Assembly (NCBI GenBank): GCA_001766815.1
Contig: LYOS01000001.1
Location: forward strand, 360,001 to 392,000
Origin: Candidatus Syntropharchaeum caldarium
GTDB lineage: Archaea; Halobacteriota; Syntropharchaeia; Syntropharchaeales; Syntropharchaeaceae
Length of the DNA: 32,000 nt
Direction of reading: 5' to 3'
Position 1 is the first letter of the stretch, and every line of letters begins with the position of its first letter. A program made the position numbers and the translations under genes. Under the pieces are notes generated by a model, which had not been told where the DNA came from, did no database searches, and saw only the letters and a program-made list of their open reading frames with translations. Positions 7,671 to 17,771 of the stretch are shown here, piece after piece.

Positions 7671-8370
7671 GTTTGCAGGGTATCGTGCCATCATGAATCG
7701 CTGTTGCAACAAGTGCCCCTTCAACTCCGATCTCTTCAAGCAAACGCAGGTCATCCACGCAACGCACGCCCCCACCAAGAAATATCGGATGTTCTGAGAT
7801 CTCAACAATCTTCTCAAGAAATCCGATATCAAAGCCCCTCTTTGTACCGACATTTGAAAGGTTGAGGATGATGATTCCTGCAAGATTGAGTGTGTTTGTC
7901 CATTCAATCAGTCTATATGGTGAAATTCTGAGCCTGCTATCACGCGTTATGATCTTGTGGTTCTTCATATCAAAGCTGACAAATGCGTCCATACCTGATG
8001 CAGCTTCGATCACATCGTACGTTGCTGTTTCTGTACCTATGACCACAAAATCGGATATACTTGATGCAAACTCGAGATCGTCAACCGATCGTATCCCCAT
8101 ATCAAGAATCACGGATGTATTGGTTTCTTCTCGAATACACGCGATGATCGGGCTATTTGATCTCGGTGCAGACACCCTCATTATCGCATCAAGATCTGCT
8201 ACATAGGTTTCATGCGGATTTACCACTTTTATAACGTTCACAGGATCTGATGTATCAACGATCCTGCTTCTATGATGAATTGGGTGATAGTTTTCCCTTT
8301 CACCCTTTATAGCATGTACAACAGTGCCATTCAGGATGTCAACCACAAATATAACTCGAAATGCGCCCAT
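7642..8370 (-). CDS. HisA/HisF-family (beta/alpha)8-barrel protein, paralog of unknown function
   Basis: 242 aa. N-terminus VIFVVDILNGTVVHAIKG and C-terminal GGGVR...GVEGALVATAIHDG phosphate-binding motifs are typical of the HisA/HisF fold. No other his genes are adjacent. Confidence 0.7.
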   Translation of the reverse strand: MGAFRVIFVVDILNGTVVHAIKGERENYHPIHHRSRIVDTSDPVNVIKVVNPHETYVADLDAIMRVSAPRSNSPIIACIREETNTSVILDMGIRSVDDLEFASSISDFVVIGTETATYDVIEAASGMDAFVSFDMKNHKIITRDSRLRISPYRLIEWTNTLNLAGIIILNLSNVGTKRGFDIGFLEKIVEISEHPIFLGGGVRCVDDLRLLEEIGVEGALVATAIHDGTIPCKLIQDPLSLS

Positions 8371-8376
8371 CGTCCC

Positions 8377-9840
8377 TCACATCATACATTCAAGAACATA
8401 ATCAATATCAAGATGCCTGCACACAAGATCTGCCAGCTTTCTGAACCCCTCTTCCCTGAAGACCTCAAGATCGGGGTGAACTGGCGGTGAAATGCCCTTC
8501 TTCTCGAAGAGATGGTCGATCACGCTTCCTCTGAATGTTTTGCTGTCAAATACACCATGAAGATATGTACCAACAACGTTTCCCATGGCGTTGACATGTC
8601 CGATAGGCTGATCCGCCATAAATGCAACCTCCTCCTCTCCCTCTGTCACTCCCATGTGAATCTCATACCCTGTAACCTCGCCACCTTTGAGCATACCCCC
8701 TCGATCTGATATCATGGCATTAACTCGCCTTACAACCTTTCTATACGATCGAAACTCGGTTTTAAGATTTAAAAGACCAAGACCTTCAACTTTCTGTTTG
8801 GCAGAACCACTTTCAATACCGTGATCCACAATCAGATCCCCAAGCATCTGGTAACCACCACAGAGACCGATGATCGCAGTTCCTTCTTCTGCAAGTTCCC
8901 TTATCCTCTCTGCGATCCCTGAATGGTTCAGAAATATCATATCATTGATCGTGTTCTTGCTTCCAGGGATTATGATAAGATCGGGTGATCCAAGTTCCTC
9001 CAATCGATGCACCCACCTCACACCCACGTTCTCCTCCATGAGTAGTGGCTCGATGTCTGCAAAGATTGCAACATACGGAAGCCTGATAACAGCTATATCG
9101 ATCGCACCGCCGTAACTCACCATCTCTTCGATCGAGACCGAATCCTCCACCGGTATATCAAGCTTTTCATAGGGCAGGATTCCAAGATTTGGGATGCCGG
9201 TGCGCGCGTGGAGGTATTCGATCCCGCTGTCAAGTAGCGAAGCGTCTCCCCTGAACTTGTTTATCACGGTACCTTTAACTCGCTCACGATCATCACCCAG
9301 AAGGTCTATCGTACCGATGATACTTGCAAAGACCCCACCCCGCTCAATATCAGCAACAAGTATAACAGGAGCGTCCGCCATTCTTGCAATACGCATATTC
9401 GATATATCGTGTTTTATATTGATCTCAGCAGGACTTCCAGCACCCTCGATGATACACAGATCATATTCTCTGCTCAGACGCTCATACGACTCTTTGACCG
9501 CTTCAATTCCACCGTTTTCTGCAAAATCGTAGTAATCATGGACACTCATATCTGCATAGGGTTTTCCGTGTATAATTACCTGTGATACACCATTTCCTTT
9601 TGGTTTCAGGAGTATCGGATTCATATCCACTCTCGGCTCTTCCCTTGCAGCCCATGCCTGGACAGCTTCTGCATAAGCCATCTCACCATCCTTTGCCACG
9701 TACGAGTTAAGGGACATGTTCTGTGACTTGAAAGGAGTCACTCTATATCCTCTATCAGATAATATTCTGCAGAGTGCTGTAACAAGTATCGTCTTTCCTG
9801 CATGTGAAGATGTGCCCTGTATCATCAATGATTTCATCAT
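8377..9840 (-). CDS. cobQ: Cobyric acid synthase
   Basis: 487 aa. P-loop GTSSHAGKT and a C-terminal glutamine amidotransferase domain (GLCGGYQMLG, YLHG). Confidence 0.92.
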   Translation of the reverse strand: MMKSLMIQGTSSHAGKTILVTALCRILSDRGYRVTPFKSQNMSLNSYVAKDGEMAYAEAVQAWAAREEPRVDMNPILLKPKGNGVSQVIIHGKPYADMSVHDYYDFAENGGIEAVKESYERLSREYDLCIIEGAGSPAEINIKHDISNMRIARMADAPVILVADIERGGVFASIIGTIDLLGDDRERVKGTVINKFRGDASLLDSGIEYLHARTGIPNLGILPYEKLDIPVEDSVSIEEMVSYGGAIDIAVIRLPYVAIFADIEPLLMEENVGVRWVHRLEELGSPDLIIIPGSKNTINDMIFLNHSGIAERIRELAEEGTAIIGLCGGYQMLGDLIVDHGIESGSAKQKVEGLGLLNLKTEFRSYRKVVRRVNAMISDRGGMLKGGEVTGYEIHMGVTEGEEEVAFMADQPIGHVNAMGNVVGTYLHGVFDSKTFRGSVIDHLFEKKGISPPVHPDLEVFREEGFRKLADLVCRHLDIDYVLECMM

Positions 9841-9932
9841 GTTAAAGTAGTGGGGATAATAAAAATAGTTGATGTCTCCTTGCGGAAAGCTTAATTAAGA
9901 TCTGAATCGACTTAACATACAAATTCTTTTAT

Positions 9933-10017
9933 GCCGGGGTGGCAGAGCGGACTAATGCGGCAGGCTCGAGACCTGTTGTTCCCCTGGAACACTTGGGTTC
10001 GAATCCCAACCCCGGCG
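9933..10017 (+). tRNA. tRNA-Ser (anticodon CGA), type II with long variable arm, no encoded CCA
   Basis: Folded by hand. Acceptor GCCGGGG/CCCCGGC. 3-bp D stem. Anticodon stem GCAGG/CCTGT with loop CTCGAGA (U33, CGA, G37). 5-bp variable arm GTTCC/GGAAC. T arm TTGGG-TTCGAAT-CCCAA. Discriminator G. Confidence 0.9.
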
Positions 10018-10161
10018 CTCAAAAGTTAAACTTATCAATATTTTAAACTATTATTATCTATATTAAAGATTATTATTTAGAATAATTAGCTTAAAATTTT
10101 AAGAACACGCTCATACTTTTATTTGAACTAAAGAACTATTTAATCAGAGGGTGATTGAAAT

Positions 10162-10692
10162 ATGCAAAAAACTGATGAAGTTGCACCGGAACCATATCTA
10201 TCTCACAAAGTACTTTTTTTCAGCGGACTTCTAACATTCGGGTTGCTCGATGGTCTAACCGCGGCAATGATGATCAATGAGAAAGGAGTACTGGCGGAAG
10301 CAAATCCTTTTCTCAGAGAGATTGTTATATCCTATGGTTCACTCTCGTTTCTTCTCTTCAAAGTAGCGACGTGTTTCATGCTTTTCTCAATCCCACTCCT
10401 CATTCAGCATTTCTCAAAAGAGAGCATGTTCTGGACAATAAATGGTTTTTATGGTGTTTTTACGATTGCTGGGATCATTGCAGCCACAAACAACTGGATA
10501 TTTATGAAGATGAATGATCCATTCATAGACCCAAAGCTTGCTATCGGCGTGACATTTCTGATGCTCGTGATCGTGGTGAAGCTCGGGGATATAGTGGACT
10601 ACAAGCAAAATCATGCCAGTAGGCCTGTCCACTCCAGAATCACGGACGTAGAGTGGGAGAAGATGAAACAGGAGATGGGATACCCAGATTAA
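10162..10692 (+). CDS. Hypothetical polytopic membrane protein (possibly DUF5658-like, E-x-N-P motif)
   Basis: 176 aa with about four hydrophobic helices, an AEANPF motif, and a charged soluble C-terminal tail. SD GAGGGTGA lies upstream. The family assignment is tentative. Confidence 0.5.
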   Translation: MQKTDEVAPEPYLSHKVLFFSGLLTFGLLDGLTAAMMINEKGVLAEANPFLREIVISYGSLSFLLFKVATCFMLFSIPLLIQHFSKESMFWTINGFYGVFTIAGIIAATNNWIFMKMNDPFIDPKLAIGVTFLMLVIVVKLGDIVDYKQNHASRPVHSRITDVEWEKMKQEMGYPD

Positions 10693-10716
10693 GTTTATAA
10701 GACGTGAATCGATAGT

Positions 10717-11871
10717 GTGTATATGCAGAAGTCGGCGGCAGGTCGCACAGGCACGATTGATCTCCCGCTTCATGGAGGGAAGGCACCGCAATGGCTTATT
10801 TCACGGATGAAAAATCTTTCTTCTGCGATATTTGAGGTGATGGTTGAGGAATACGGTAGAGGAGAGGTTTTACGCAGGATAGCAGATCCCCTCTGGTTTC
10901 AATCACTCTCTTCCGTCCTTGCTTATGACTGGCACAGCAGTGGTACAACAACGGTTGTATGTGGTGTTCTGAAATCAGTTCTTGATCCATCCGAGCTTGG
11001 GATTGCGGTTGCTGGTGGAAAGGGCAGAAAAGCCAAGGATGCACCAGGAGAGATCGAAGATATAGGACTTTTATTTGGAATTACAGGCGGAAAAATTGAA
11101 GAACTGAAGGCCACGAGCAGGATCGTTGCAAAGGTCGATAATGCGTGTCTTCAGGATGGATACCAGCTCTATCATCATGCGATGTTTTTGAGTGAGGATG
11201 GCGAATGGGCGGTCATACAGCAGGGGTTGAACGATCTTCATGGGTATGCAAGAAGATATCAGTGGCTTTCAACGATTGAGAGCTTCATCGATGAGCCGCA
11301 CCAGGGAATAACAGGTTTCGTTGAGAAGGATGTGCTTGATATGACTGCAAAAGCGAGTGAGAACTGCAGAAAAGTATCTACAGATCTTGTATGCGAAAAT
11401 ACACAGAGGCTCAAGCGTCTATATGAAAGTATAAGACCCCCAGGACAAAAGAGTCTCTCAGAATGGATCGAAGGCGAGCGCGGATATGAAACACACGCTT
11501 TCAGGTTACCAAAACGAGTTGACTGGAATACGCTTCGCAGGGTCTATGAGATCCAGCCAAAAAATTATGAAGAGCTGATACAGATTCAGGGAGTGGGTCC
11601 TTCAACCCTGCGAGGACTTGCCCTTATATCAGAGCTTGTGTACGGCGAAAAGGCGAGCTGGAGTGATCCAGTCAGATATTCTTTTGCGTTTGGAGGGAAA
11701 GACGGTGTGCCATATCCAGTAGAGCGCTATGCGATGGACGAGGCATCAGCAGTTCTAAAAGATGCGATAAATATGGCAAAGCTTGGAAAAAAAGATAAAA
11801 TTGAGGCGATAAAGCGTCTTGAAGTATTTTTAGACGAAAAAAGCGGCAATCATCGCTCAATTTTGAAGTAG
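10717..11871 (+). CDS. DUF763-family protein with helix-hairpin-helix-like segment
   Basis: N-terminus GTIDLPLHGGKAPQWLISRM matches my recollection of DUF763. IQGVGPSTLRGLALISE is HhH-like. The start could be 10717 or 10723. Confidence 0.6.
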   Translation: MYMQKSAAGRTGTIDLPLHGGKAPQWLISRMKNLSSAIFEVMVEEYGRGEVLRRIADPLWFQSLSSVLAYDWHSSGTTTVVCGVLKSVLDPSELGIAVAGGKGRKAKDAPGEIEDIGLLFGITGGKIEELKATSRIVAKVDNACLQDGYQLYHHAMFLSEDGEWAVIQQGLNDLHGYARRYQWLSTIESFIDEPHQGITGFVEKDVLDMTAKASENCRKVSTDLVCENTQRLKRLYESIRPPGQKSLSEWIEGERGYETHAFRLPKRVDWNTLRRVYEIQPKNYEELIQIQGVGPSTLRGLALISELVYGEKASWSDPVRYSFAFGGKDGVPYPVERYAMDEASAVLKDAINMAKLGKKDKIEAIKRLEVFLDEKSGNHRSILK

Positions 11872-12050
11872 ATATTGGTGTCTACTCGATATGATATGAT
11901 CTTATCATCTTTAACCTTCACATCCATTGCATTAACAATGACCCTACCGATACCGCGCACAGTCTTTGCAGCTTCCTCAATTGCGTTCTGAATCGCACCT
12001 TCCCAGCTGTCTGGGGAGATACCAACAATATTGATTGACTTATAAACCAT
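11850..12050 (-). CDS. Dodecin-family flavin-binding protein
   Basis: 66 aa, MVYKSINIVGISPDSWEGAIQNAIEEAAKTVRGI...YRVDTNIYFKIE, the canonical dodecin pattern. Strong SD GGAGGTGA lies upstream. Confidence 0.8.
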   Translation of the reverse strand: MVYKSINIVGISPDSWEGAIQNAIEEAAKTVRGIGRVIVNAMDVKVKDDKIISYRVDTNIYFKIER

Positions 12051-12097
12051 TCCCTCTCACCTCCTTTTATTCAATGGTTAGTCATTTCAACCACCTC

Positions 12098-12105
12098 TAT
12101 ATATA
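12098..12105 (+). promoter_or_regulatory. TATA-box-like element upstream of pstS
   Basis: TATATATA lies 42-49 nt upstream of the GTG start, with GAGGG in between. Confidence 0.35.
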
Positions 12106-12146
12106 ACTTTTGAGATACTTTTTTAACCTATGGCCGAGGGTAAATA

Positions 12147-13064
12147 GTGAGGTTGATTTACTTGAAAAATCAGGTCATTGCAGGGTTGGCTCTAATTATT
12201 GTTATAATCTCATCAGGATGTATCGGAAATGATAGCGTGCACCCAGCTAATACGCTTGTGATCAAAGGCTCGGACACGCTTGTACAGCTTGTATCAGATA
12301 TGGCAGAGGTGTATATGAATGAACATCCCTATGCTGATATAAGCGTGACAGGCGGAGGGAGCGGTACCGGAATTGCAGCACTCATAAATGGAGAGGTAGA
12401 TATTGCAGACTCCTCAAGGCGAATCAAAGATAGCGAGCTGAAGAAGGCATCCGCGAGAGGTATTGAGATACGTGAGTTTATCATCGCAAGAGATGGGCTT
12501 TGCATCATTGTGCATCCATCCAATCCAGTGGAGAAACTTACGCTTGAGGAGGTTGGGGCGATATATCGAGGCGAGATCACAAACTGGAAGGAGGTCGGTG
12601 GCGACGATCGCGATATCACGCTCTATGGTCGGCAGAGTACATCAGGCACGTATGAGTTTATGCGAGAATATATTCTTAAGGCGGATTATTCGCCAGATAT
12701 GCTCAATATGGAAGGTAATAAAGCGATAGTTGATGGTATAAAGACAGATAAGAATGGGATTGGCTACATCGGTATCGGATATCTGGTAGATGGGGTTAAA
12801 CCTCTCGATCTTGCCGTAAACGACTCTTCAGAATATGTATCTCCACTTGAAGAGTCTGCTGTTGAGGAAGGGGTCTATCCGCTCTCACGACCACTTTATC
12901 AGTACACTAACGGTCTGCCAGAGGTGGATAGCATCGCTTACAGCTTCCTGAAATTTGAACTGAGCGATGAAGGACTGGAAATCATCAGGAATGCGGGTTA
13001 CTATCCACCGAATCCAGAAGATAGGATGAATAATGATGAGAAATTCAGGCTGATCGAGGATTAA
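12147..13064 (+). CDS. pstS: Phosphate ABC transporter substrate-binding protein
   Basis: Signal/lipobox-like N-terminus (IISSGCIG), plus GSDTL and TGGGSGTGIAAL motifs of PstS-family binding proteins. GTG start. Confidence 0.85.
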   Translation: MRLIYLKNQVIAGLALIIVIISSGCIGNDSVHPANTLVIKGSDTLVQLVSDMAEVYMNEHPYADISVTGGGSGTGIAALINGEVDIADSSRRIKDSELKKASARGIEIREFIIARDGLCIIVHPSNPVEKLTLEEVGAIYRGEITNWKEVGGDDRDITLYGRQSTSGTYEFMREYILKADYSPDMLNMEGNKAIVDGIKTDKNGIGYIGIGYLVDGVKPLDLAVNDSSEYVSPLEESAVEEGVYPLSRPLYQYTNGLPEVDSIAYSFLKFELSDEGLEIIRNAGYYPPNPEDRMNNDEKFRLIED

Positions 13065-13102
13065 GATCCGATAGGATTATATACCGCGGTTGAGGGGTAG
13101 AT

Positions 13103-13990
13103 GTGATGAGAGGATCATCGGAAGGTGGAATCAGGGAACGGCTCATCGCATTCTTTTTTACTGCAAATGGTATCCTCACAATTGTTATCCTGATGGGGAT
13201 CTTTTTTTTCCTTGCATACATAGGGATTCAGGCATTCTTTGAGATACCCATCACCGAATTTTTTGGAATGAACTGGAATCCTGGTGCATATACCAATCCA
13301 TCATGGGGAATTTTGCCCCTTCTTGCAGGAACGATCTACGTTGCTGTTCTCTCACTTGCGATTGCCATACCTCTTGGTGTCGCATCAGCGATCTACATTG
13401 CAGAGCTTGCATCCCCCACACTTCGTGAAATCTTAAAACCGGCAGTTGAGATGATTGCATCCATTCCCAGCGTTGTTCTTGGACTTATCGGGCTTATAAT
13501 TCTTGCGCCACTGGTTGCGGATCTTTTCAATCTCCCAAACGGACTGAACGCATTCACAGCATCGATTCTCGTTGCAATAATGGCACTGCCCACGATAATA
13601 AGCATCTCGGAGGATGTGATTGGATCGATCCCTGATAGCTATCGCGAAGCTTCGCTGGCACTTGGTGCAACGAAATGGCAGACTATACGCAGCGCAATCC
13701 TGCCAGCAGCATCAGGAGGAATTGTCGCCGCATCGATGCTTGGGCTTGGCAGGGTGGTGGGCGAGACGATGGTGGTTCTGATGGTTGCAGGCAATTCAAG
13801 GGCTTTTCCCACGAGCATCTTTGATCCAGTTCGCCCGATAACATCCACAATAGCTATAGAGATCAAAGAGGTTGTGCAAGGTGATCTTCACTTCCAGGCA
13901 CTCTTTGCACTCGGGTTGATCCTCTTTCTCATGACATTTGCAATAAATCTTGCATCTGATATTTTCCTGGCGAGGAGGCAGATCAGGTAG
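13103..13990 (+). CDS. pstC: Phosphate ABC transporter permease
   Basis: Six predicted TM helices and the EAA-type loop [15 protein letters not shown]. Sits in the pst operon context. Confidence 0.9.
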   Translation: MMRGSSEGGIRERLIAFFFTANGILTIVILMGIFFFLAYIGIQAFFEIPITEFFGMNWNPGAYTNPSWGILPLLAGTIYVAVLSLAIAIPLGVASAIYIAELASPTLREILKPAVEMIASIPSVVLGLIGLIILAPLVADLFNLPNGLNAFTASILVAIMALPTIISISEDVIGSIPDSYREASLALGATKWQTIRSAILPAASGGIVAASMLGLGRVVGETMVVLMVAGNSRAFPTSIFDPVRPITSTIAIEIKEVVQGDLHFQALFALGLILFLMTFAINLASDIFLARRQIR

Positions 13991-14842
13991 ATGAATGAAC
14001 AGACGAAAGAGCGAATTTATTTCACGATTTTTAGAATCTGTGGATTTCTGAGCCTTGCCATCCTGGTCTCAATTCTGCTCTATGTTGTCAGGGTTGGCAT
14101 CGGCGTCATTGATCTCAACTTTATCACAGCGATGTGGCAGACCAGGGATATCACCCAGGGCGGGATATTTCCTGCACTCATTGGGACATTCTATCTTGGT
14201 ATCGGTGTTGCTGTCTTCTCCATCCCTGTTGGAATCTCGTGTGCGATCTACCTCAACGAGTATGCGAAGAATGTCTGGCTTGTGCGAATGATTCGTCTTG
14301 CGATCAGAAACCTTGCGGGTGTACCCTCGATTGTATATGGTTTATTCGGTTTTGCGGTATTTGTCCAGCTAATGCAGTTCGGGACATCGCTCCTTTCTGC
14401 ATCACTAACGCTCGCAGCCATGACGATTCCGTGGGTGATAACCGCATCAGAGGAGGCGCTGAAGAGCGTACCAGATGGGTTCAGAGAGGGGGCACTTGCA
14501 CTCGGCGCAACAAAATGGCAGGCGATAAAAACAAACGTCCTGCCCTCTGCACTTCCAGGCATGATCACAGGCTCAATAATCGGACTTGCGCGGGCGATGG
14601 GCGAGACTGCGCCGATAATCATCGTTGGTGCAACTTTTTACATGCGGGGATTACCCGATTCCGTCTTCGATAAGTTCATGGCACTGCCCTATCATGTTTT
14701 CATCCTTGCAACACAGCATAATGATCCGCTTGCAGAAGAGTATGCAGCAGGAACGGCTCTTGTACTCGTCTTTTTAATATTCCTGATGACGCTCATAGCC
14801 ATGATCGTTCGTTATCGATTCAGGAAGAGGAGGAGGTGGTAA
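13991..14842 (+). CDS. pstA: Phosphate ABC transporter permease
   Basis: Polytopic protein with the EAA loop [18 protein letters not shown] immediately follows the pstC stop. Confidence 0.9.
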   Translation: MNEQTKERIYFTIFRICGFLSLAILVSILLYVVRVGIGVIDLNFITAMWQTRDITQGGIFPALIGTFYLGIGVAVFSIPVGISCAIYLNEYAKNVWLVRMIRLAIRNLAGVPSIVYGLFGFAVFVQLMQFGTSLLSASLTLAAMTIPWVITASEEALKSVPDGFREGALALGATKWQAIKTNVLPSALPGMITGSIIGLARAMGETAPIIIVGATFYMRGLPDSVFDKFMALPYHVFILATQHNDPLAEEYAAGTALVLVFLIFLMTLIAMIVRYRFRKRRRW

Positions 14843-15609
14843 GCATCACTGATGATGATTCAAAGCTCATTACAAAGAAACTGAATGTGCACTTTGGCAC
14901 AACACATGCGATAAAAGATATTTCTCTGAATGTGGCAGAGAAGAGTATCACCGCAATAATAGGCCCCTCTGGATGTGGAAAATCAACATTCCTTCGTGCT
15001 TTAAATCGTATGCACGATATTATACCAGGTGCAAATGTAACTGGGAAGGTTTTACTTGATGGAAAAGATATTTATGATGAGAAAACAGATGTTGTCGAAC
15101 TTAGAAGAAGAGTGGGGATGGTATTTCAGAAACCAAATCCGTTTCCAAAGTCAATTTTTGATAACGTCGCTTATGGTCCAAGGATTCATGGTATCACTGA
15201 AAGAGATGAGCTTGAGAGGATAGTAGAGGATAGCCTTAAACAGGCGGCACTCTGGGACGAGGTGAAGGATCGGCTCAACGTCTCAGCAATGGATCTGAGC
15301 GGTGGACAGCAGCAGCGGTTATGCATAGCACGTACGCTCGCTGTCAGACCGGAGGTAATCTTATTTGATGAGCCGTGTTCATCACTTGATCCAATCTCAA
15401 CTGCAAAGATCGAGGACCTGATGCGATCACTCAAGACTGAGTACACGATTATTATCGTGACCCACAATATGCAACAGGCTGCAAGAATATCTGATTACAC
15501 AGCATTTTTCTTTGTGGGTGAACTTATCGAGTTTGGAAAAACGGCAAAGATCTTTGAGAGGCCGTGTGAGAAACAGACAGAGGATTATATTACAGGTAGG
15601 TTTGGATAA
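14836..15609 (+). CDS. pstB: Phosphate ABC transporter ATP-binding protein
   Basis: Walker [10 protein letters not shown], signature LSGGQQQRL, Walker B ILFDEP, H-loop TH. GTG start overlaps pstA by 7 nt. Confidence 0.95.
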   Translation: MVSITDDDSKLITKKLNVHFGTTHAIKDISLNVAEKSITAIIGPSGCGKSTFLRALNRMHDIIPGANVTGKVLLDGKDIYDEKTDVVELRRRVGMVFQKPNPFPKSIFDNVAYGPRIHGITERDELERIVEDSLKQAALWDEVKDRLNVSAMDLSGGQQQRLCIARTLAVRPEVILFDEPCSSLDPISTAKIEDLMRSLKTEYTIIIVTHNMQQAARISDYTAFFFVGELIEFGKTAKIFERPCEKQTEDYITGRFG

Positions 15610-15615
15610 TCCCCA

Positions 15616-17394
15616 TCACCCTTCAAGTACATAGTAGTACTCTCCTGCTGCCTTCTGTTCCCGATCAAGCTTCGAGTTGAGCTTGTTTATTCTTGGTCTC
15701 CCTTCTTCATCTCGCCTGAACGTCGTATTTATCATCTTCAGAAAACGGTTCATACCATCGCGCATATTGAATGGCCCTTCTACTCTCCCCCATTCACCTG
15801 GCTTGCCATCAAAGACGAGCAGACGATCTGATAGAAGATCGATCATGTAGATGTCATGGTCAACAACCATCGCACAGAGGTTGTTGTTTTCAACAAACTT
15901 TCGTATAACCTTTGTTGCCTGCATACGCTGCTCCACGTCAAGATGTGCTGACGGCTCATCGAATATGTAGAGATCTGCCTCTCTCGAGAGCGTTGCAGCG
16001 ATCGCTGTTCGCTGGAGTTCACCACCGCTCAACAAAATAAGGCTTGAATCGAGTATTTCCTCGAGCTGGAGCGGTTTCAGAATCTCTGATCTGTAATATG
16101 CACTGTTAAATTCCTGTGTTATGGAAGAAAGTAGATCCTGAACCGTTATATCTTCATCTGCTTTTATATATTGGGGTTTATAAGATATTCTGGTCTCAAT
16201 GCCAGGATCGCCCCTGCTGGGTGTGATCTTGCCTGCAAGAACCTTTAAAAAAGTGCTCTTACCGATCGAGTTCTCGCCCACGATCCCCAGCATCTCTCCC
16301 TCATAGATCGTACCTCCCTGTGCATTGAGCTTGAAATGGTCGTAAGACACTTCAAAGCTATTGTAGATGATAAACGGATTTCCCCCGGTATCATCTCTTG
16401 GGTGGTGAGCTTCAAATTTGATCGGCTTATCCCGTATCCGGATATTCTCCTTTGCGAGATACCCACTGAGATACTCATTTATTCCTGTGCGGACCCCTTT
16501 AATCGATGTGATGACGCCGTATACCGAGGGTATTCCATAGGCGATGTGGAGAACATCTGCCATTGAATCGAGTATAGCAAGGTCATGTTCAACCACAAAA
16601 ACGGTTACATCCTTTGAAAGCTCCTGAACAAGGTTTGTAACCTTTATTCGCTGGTAGATGTCAAGATACGGTGTAAGTTCGTCGAGAAAATAGATGTCAG
16701 CATCTCTGGAAATGCAGGCAGTGATTGCAACCCGCTGGAGTTCACCCCCACTCAGCGTATCAATTTCGTGTTCAAAAAGTTTATCAATACCGAGAAGGGA
16801 TGCATAATCTTTCATCATACCCTTTTCGTCAGTTCGCTCAAGTAATTCTGCTACATTACCGGTGAAAACTTTTGGGATTCGATCCACATACTGGGGTTTT
16901 GTCGCGCTCCTGATGCTCCCGTCACGCAGGGCTTTAAAGTAATCAAATAGTTCAGAGCCTGCATAACGCTTCAGAATCTCATCCCATCCAACTTCCTCAC
17001 CACGTCCAAGGTTTGGCATAATCTCGCCTGATAATATCTTTATCACCGTGCTCTTACCGATCCCATTTGGACCGAGAAGACCGGTAACCCTCCCTTCTCT
17101 CGGGATCGGGAGTCCATAAAGGACAAAACCATTCGGCCCATATCGGTTGGTTTCTTTTCCTTCAAGCTCTTCTGGAAGTCCAATAATCGTTATCGCATTG
17201 AAAGGACATCGCTTCACGCATATCCCGCACCCTTCACAGAGTACTTCTGATATGATCGCCTTATGGCTCTTTTCATCAAAAGTTACAGTTTCATTGCCTG
17301 TTCTGACCATTGGACAGAAACGGTAACACTCCTTCTCGCATCTATCTGGGTGACACTTATCCTGTCTCAAAACCGCGAGTCTCGATCTCATCAA
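15616..17394 (-). CDS. abce1: ABCE1 / RNase L inhibitor, ribosome recycling ATPase
   Basis: 592 aa. N-terminal di-cluster ferredoxin domain ([12 protein letters not shown]), two ABC cassettes ([18 protein letters not shown]), and two LSGGELQR signatures. Confidence 0.95.
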   Translation of the reverse strand: MMRSRLAVLRQDKCHPDRCEKECYRFCPMVRTGNETVTFDEKSHKAIISEVLCEGCGICVKRCPFNAITIIGLPEELEGKETNRYGPNGFVLYGLPIPREGRVTGLLGPNGIGKSTVIKILSGEIMPNLGRGEEVGWDEILKRYAGSELFDYFKALRDGSIRSATKPQYVDRIPKVFTGNVAELLERTDEKGMMKDYASLLGIDKLFEHEIDTLSGGELQRVAITACISRDADIYFLDELTPYLDIYQRIKVTNLVQELSKDVTVFVVEHDLAILDSMADVLHIAYGIPSVYGVITSIKGVRTGINEYLSGYLAKENIRIRDKPIKFEAHHPRDDTGGNPFIIYNSFEVSYDHFKLNAQGGTIYEGEMLGIVGENSIGKSTFLKVLAGKITPSRGDPGIETRISYKPQYIKADEDITVQDLLSSITQEFNSAYYRSEILKPLQLEEILDSSLILLSGGELQRTAIAATLSREADLYIFDEPSAHLDVEQRMQATKVIRKFVENNNLCAMVVDHDIYMIDLLSDRLLVFDGKPGEWGRVEGPFNMRDGMNRFLKMINTTFRRDEEGRPRINKLNSKLDREQKAAGEYYYVLEG

Positions 17395-17771
17395 TAAACC
17401 TCATCGGGATCAAAAATGCGCTCTCCGATGATCTTTCCATCAATAGACCTGTAAAAACAGGAACGATAACCTGTGTGGCACGCACCACCTTTCTGCTCAA
17501 TCTTGAGAAGTAATGCATCACCATCACAATCAACAAAGATCTCTTTAAGAATCTGGAGGTGCCCTGAACTCTCTCCCTTCTTCCAGAGCTTTTTTCTGCT
17601 CCGACTCCAGTAATGTACAGTACCTGTTGAAAGTGTTTTCTTCAGGGCTTCATCATTCATATATGCAACCATCAGCACCTCGCCAGTAAGGTGATCCTGT
17701 GAAATGACAGTAATAAGTCCTTTTTCGTCCCATTTCAATGGAACAGCGCATTCATAACTCTTTTTTTCCAT
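17391..17771 (-). CDS. hisI: Phosphoribosyl-AMP cyclohydrolase
   Basis: Motifs [17 protein letters not shown] and [26 protein letters not shown]. An alternative TTG start at 17738 would remove the 20-nt overlap with the upstream gene. Confidence 0.9.
   Translation of the reverse strand: MEKKSYECAVPLKWDEKGLITVISQDHLTGEVLMVAYMNDEALKKTLSTGTVHYWSRSRKKLWKKGESSGHLQILKEIFVDCDGDALLLKIEQKGGACHTGYRSCFYRSIDGKIIGERIFDPDEVY

Noticed and set aside
10018-10161. AT-rich spacer considered as a replication origin or an integrated-element boundary.
   Set aside because: There are no ORB-like inverted repeats, no cdc6/orc1 gene, no integrase and no tRNA-derived direct repeat visible in the window. It is kept only as a low-interest observation.
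14134-14673. 179-aa alternative-frame ORF and other ORFs inside pstA and pstC (14055..14291, 14248..14622, 13251..13866).
   Set aside because: These are Cys/Arg-rich or low-complexity translations nested within clear permease genes that carry EAA motifs. They have no independent start context.
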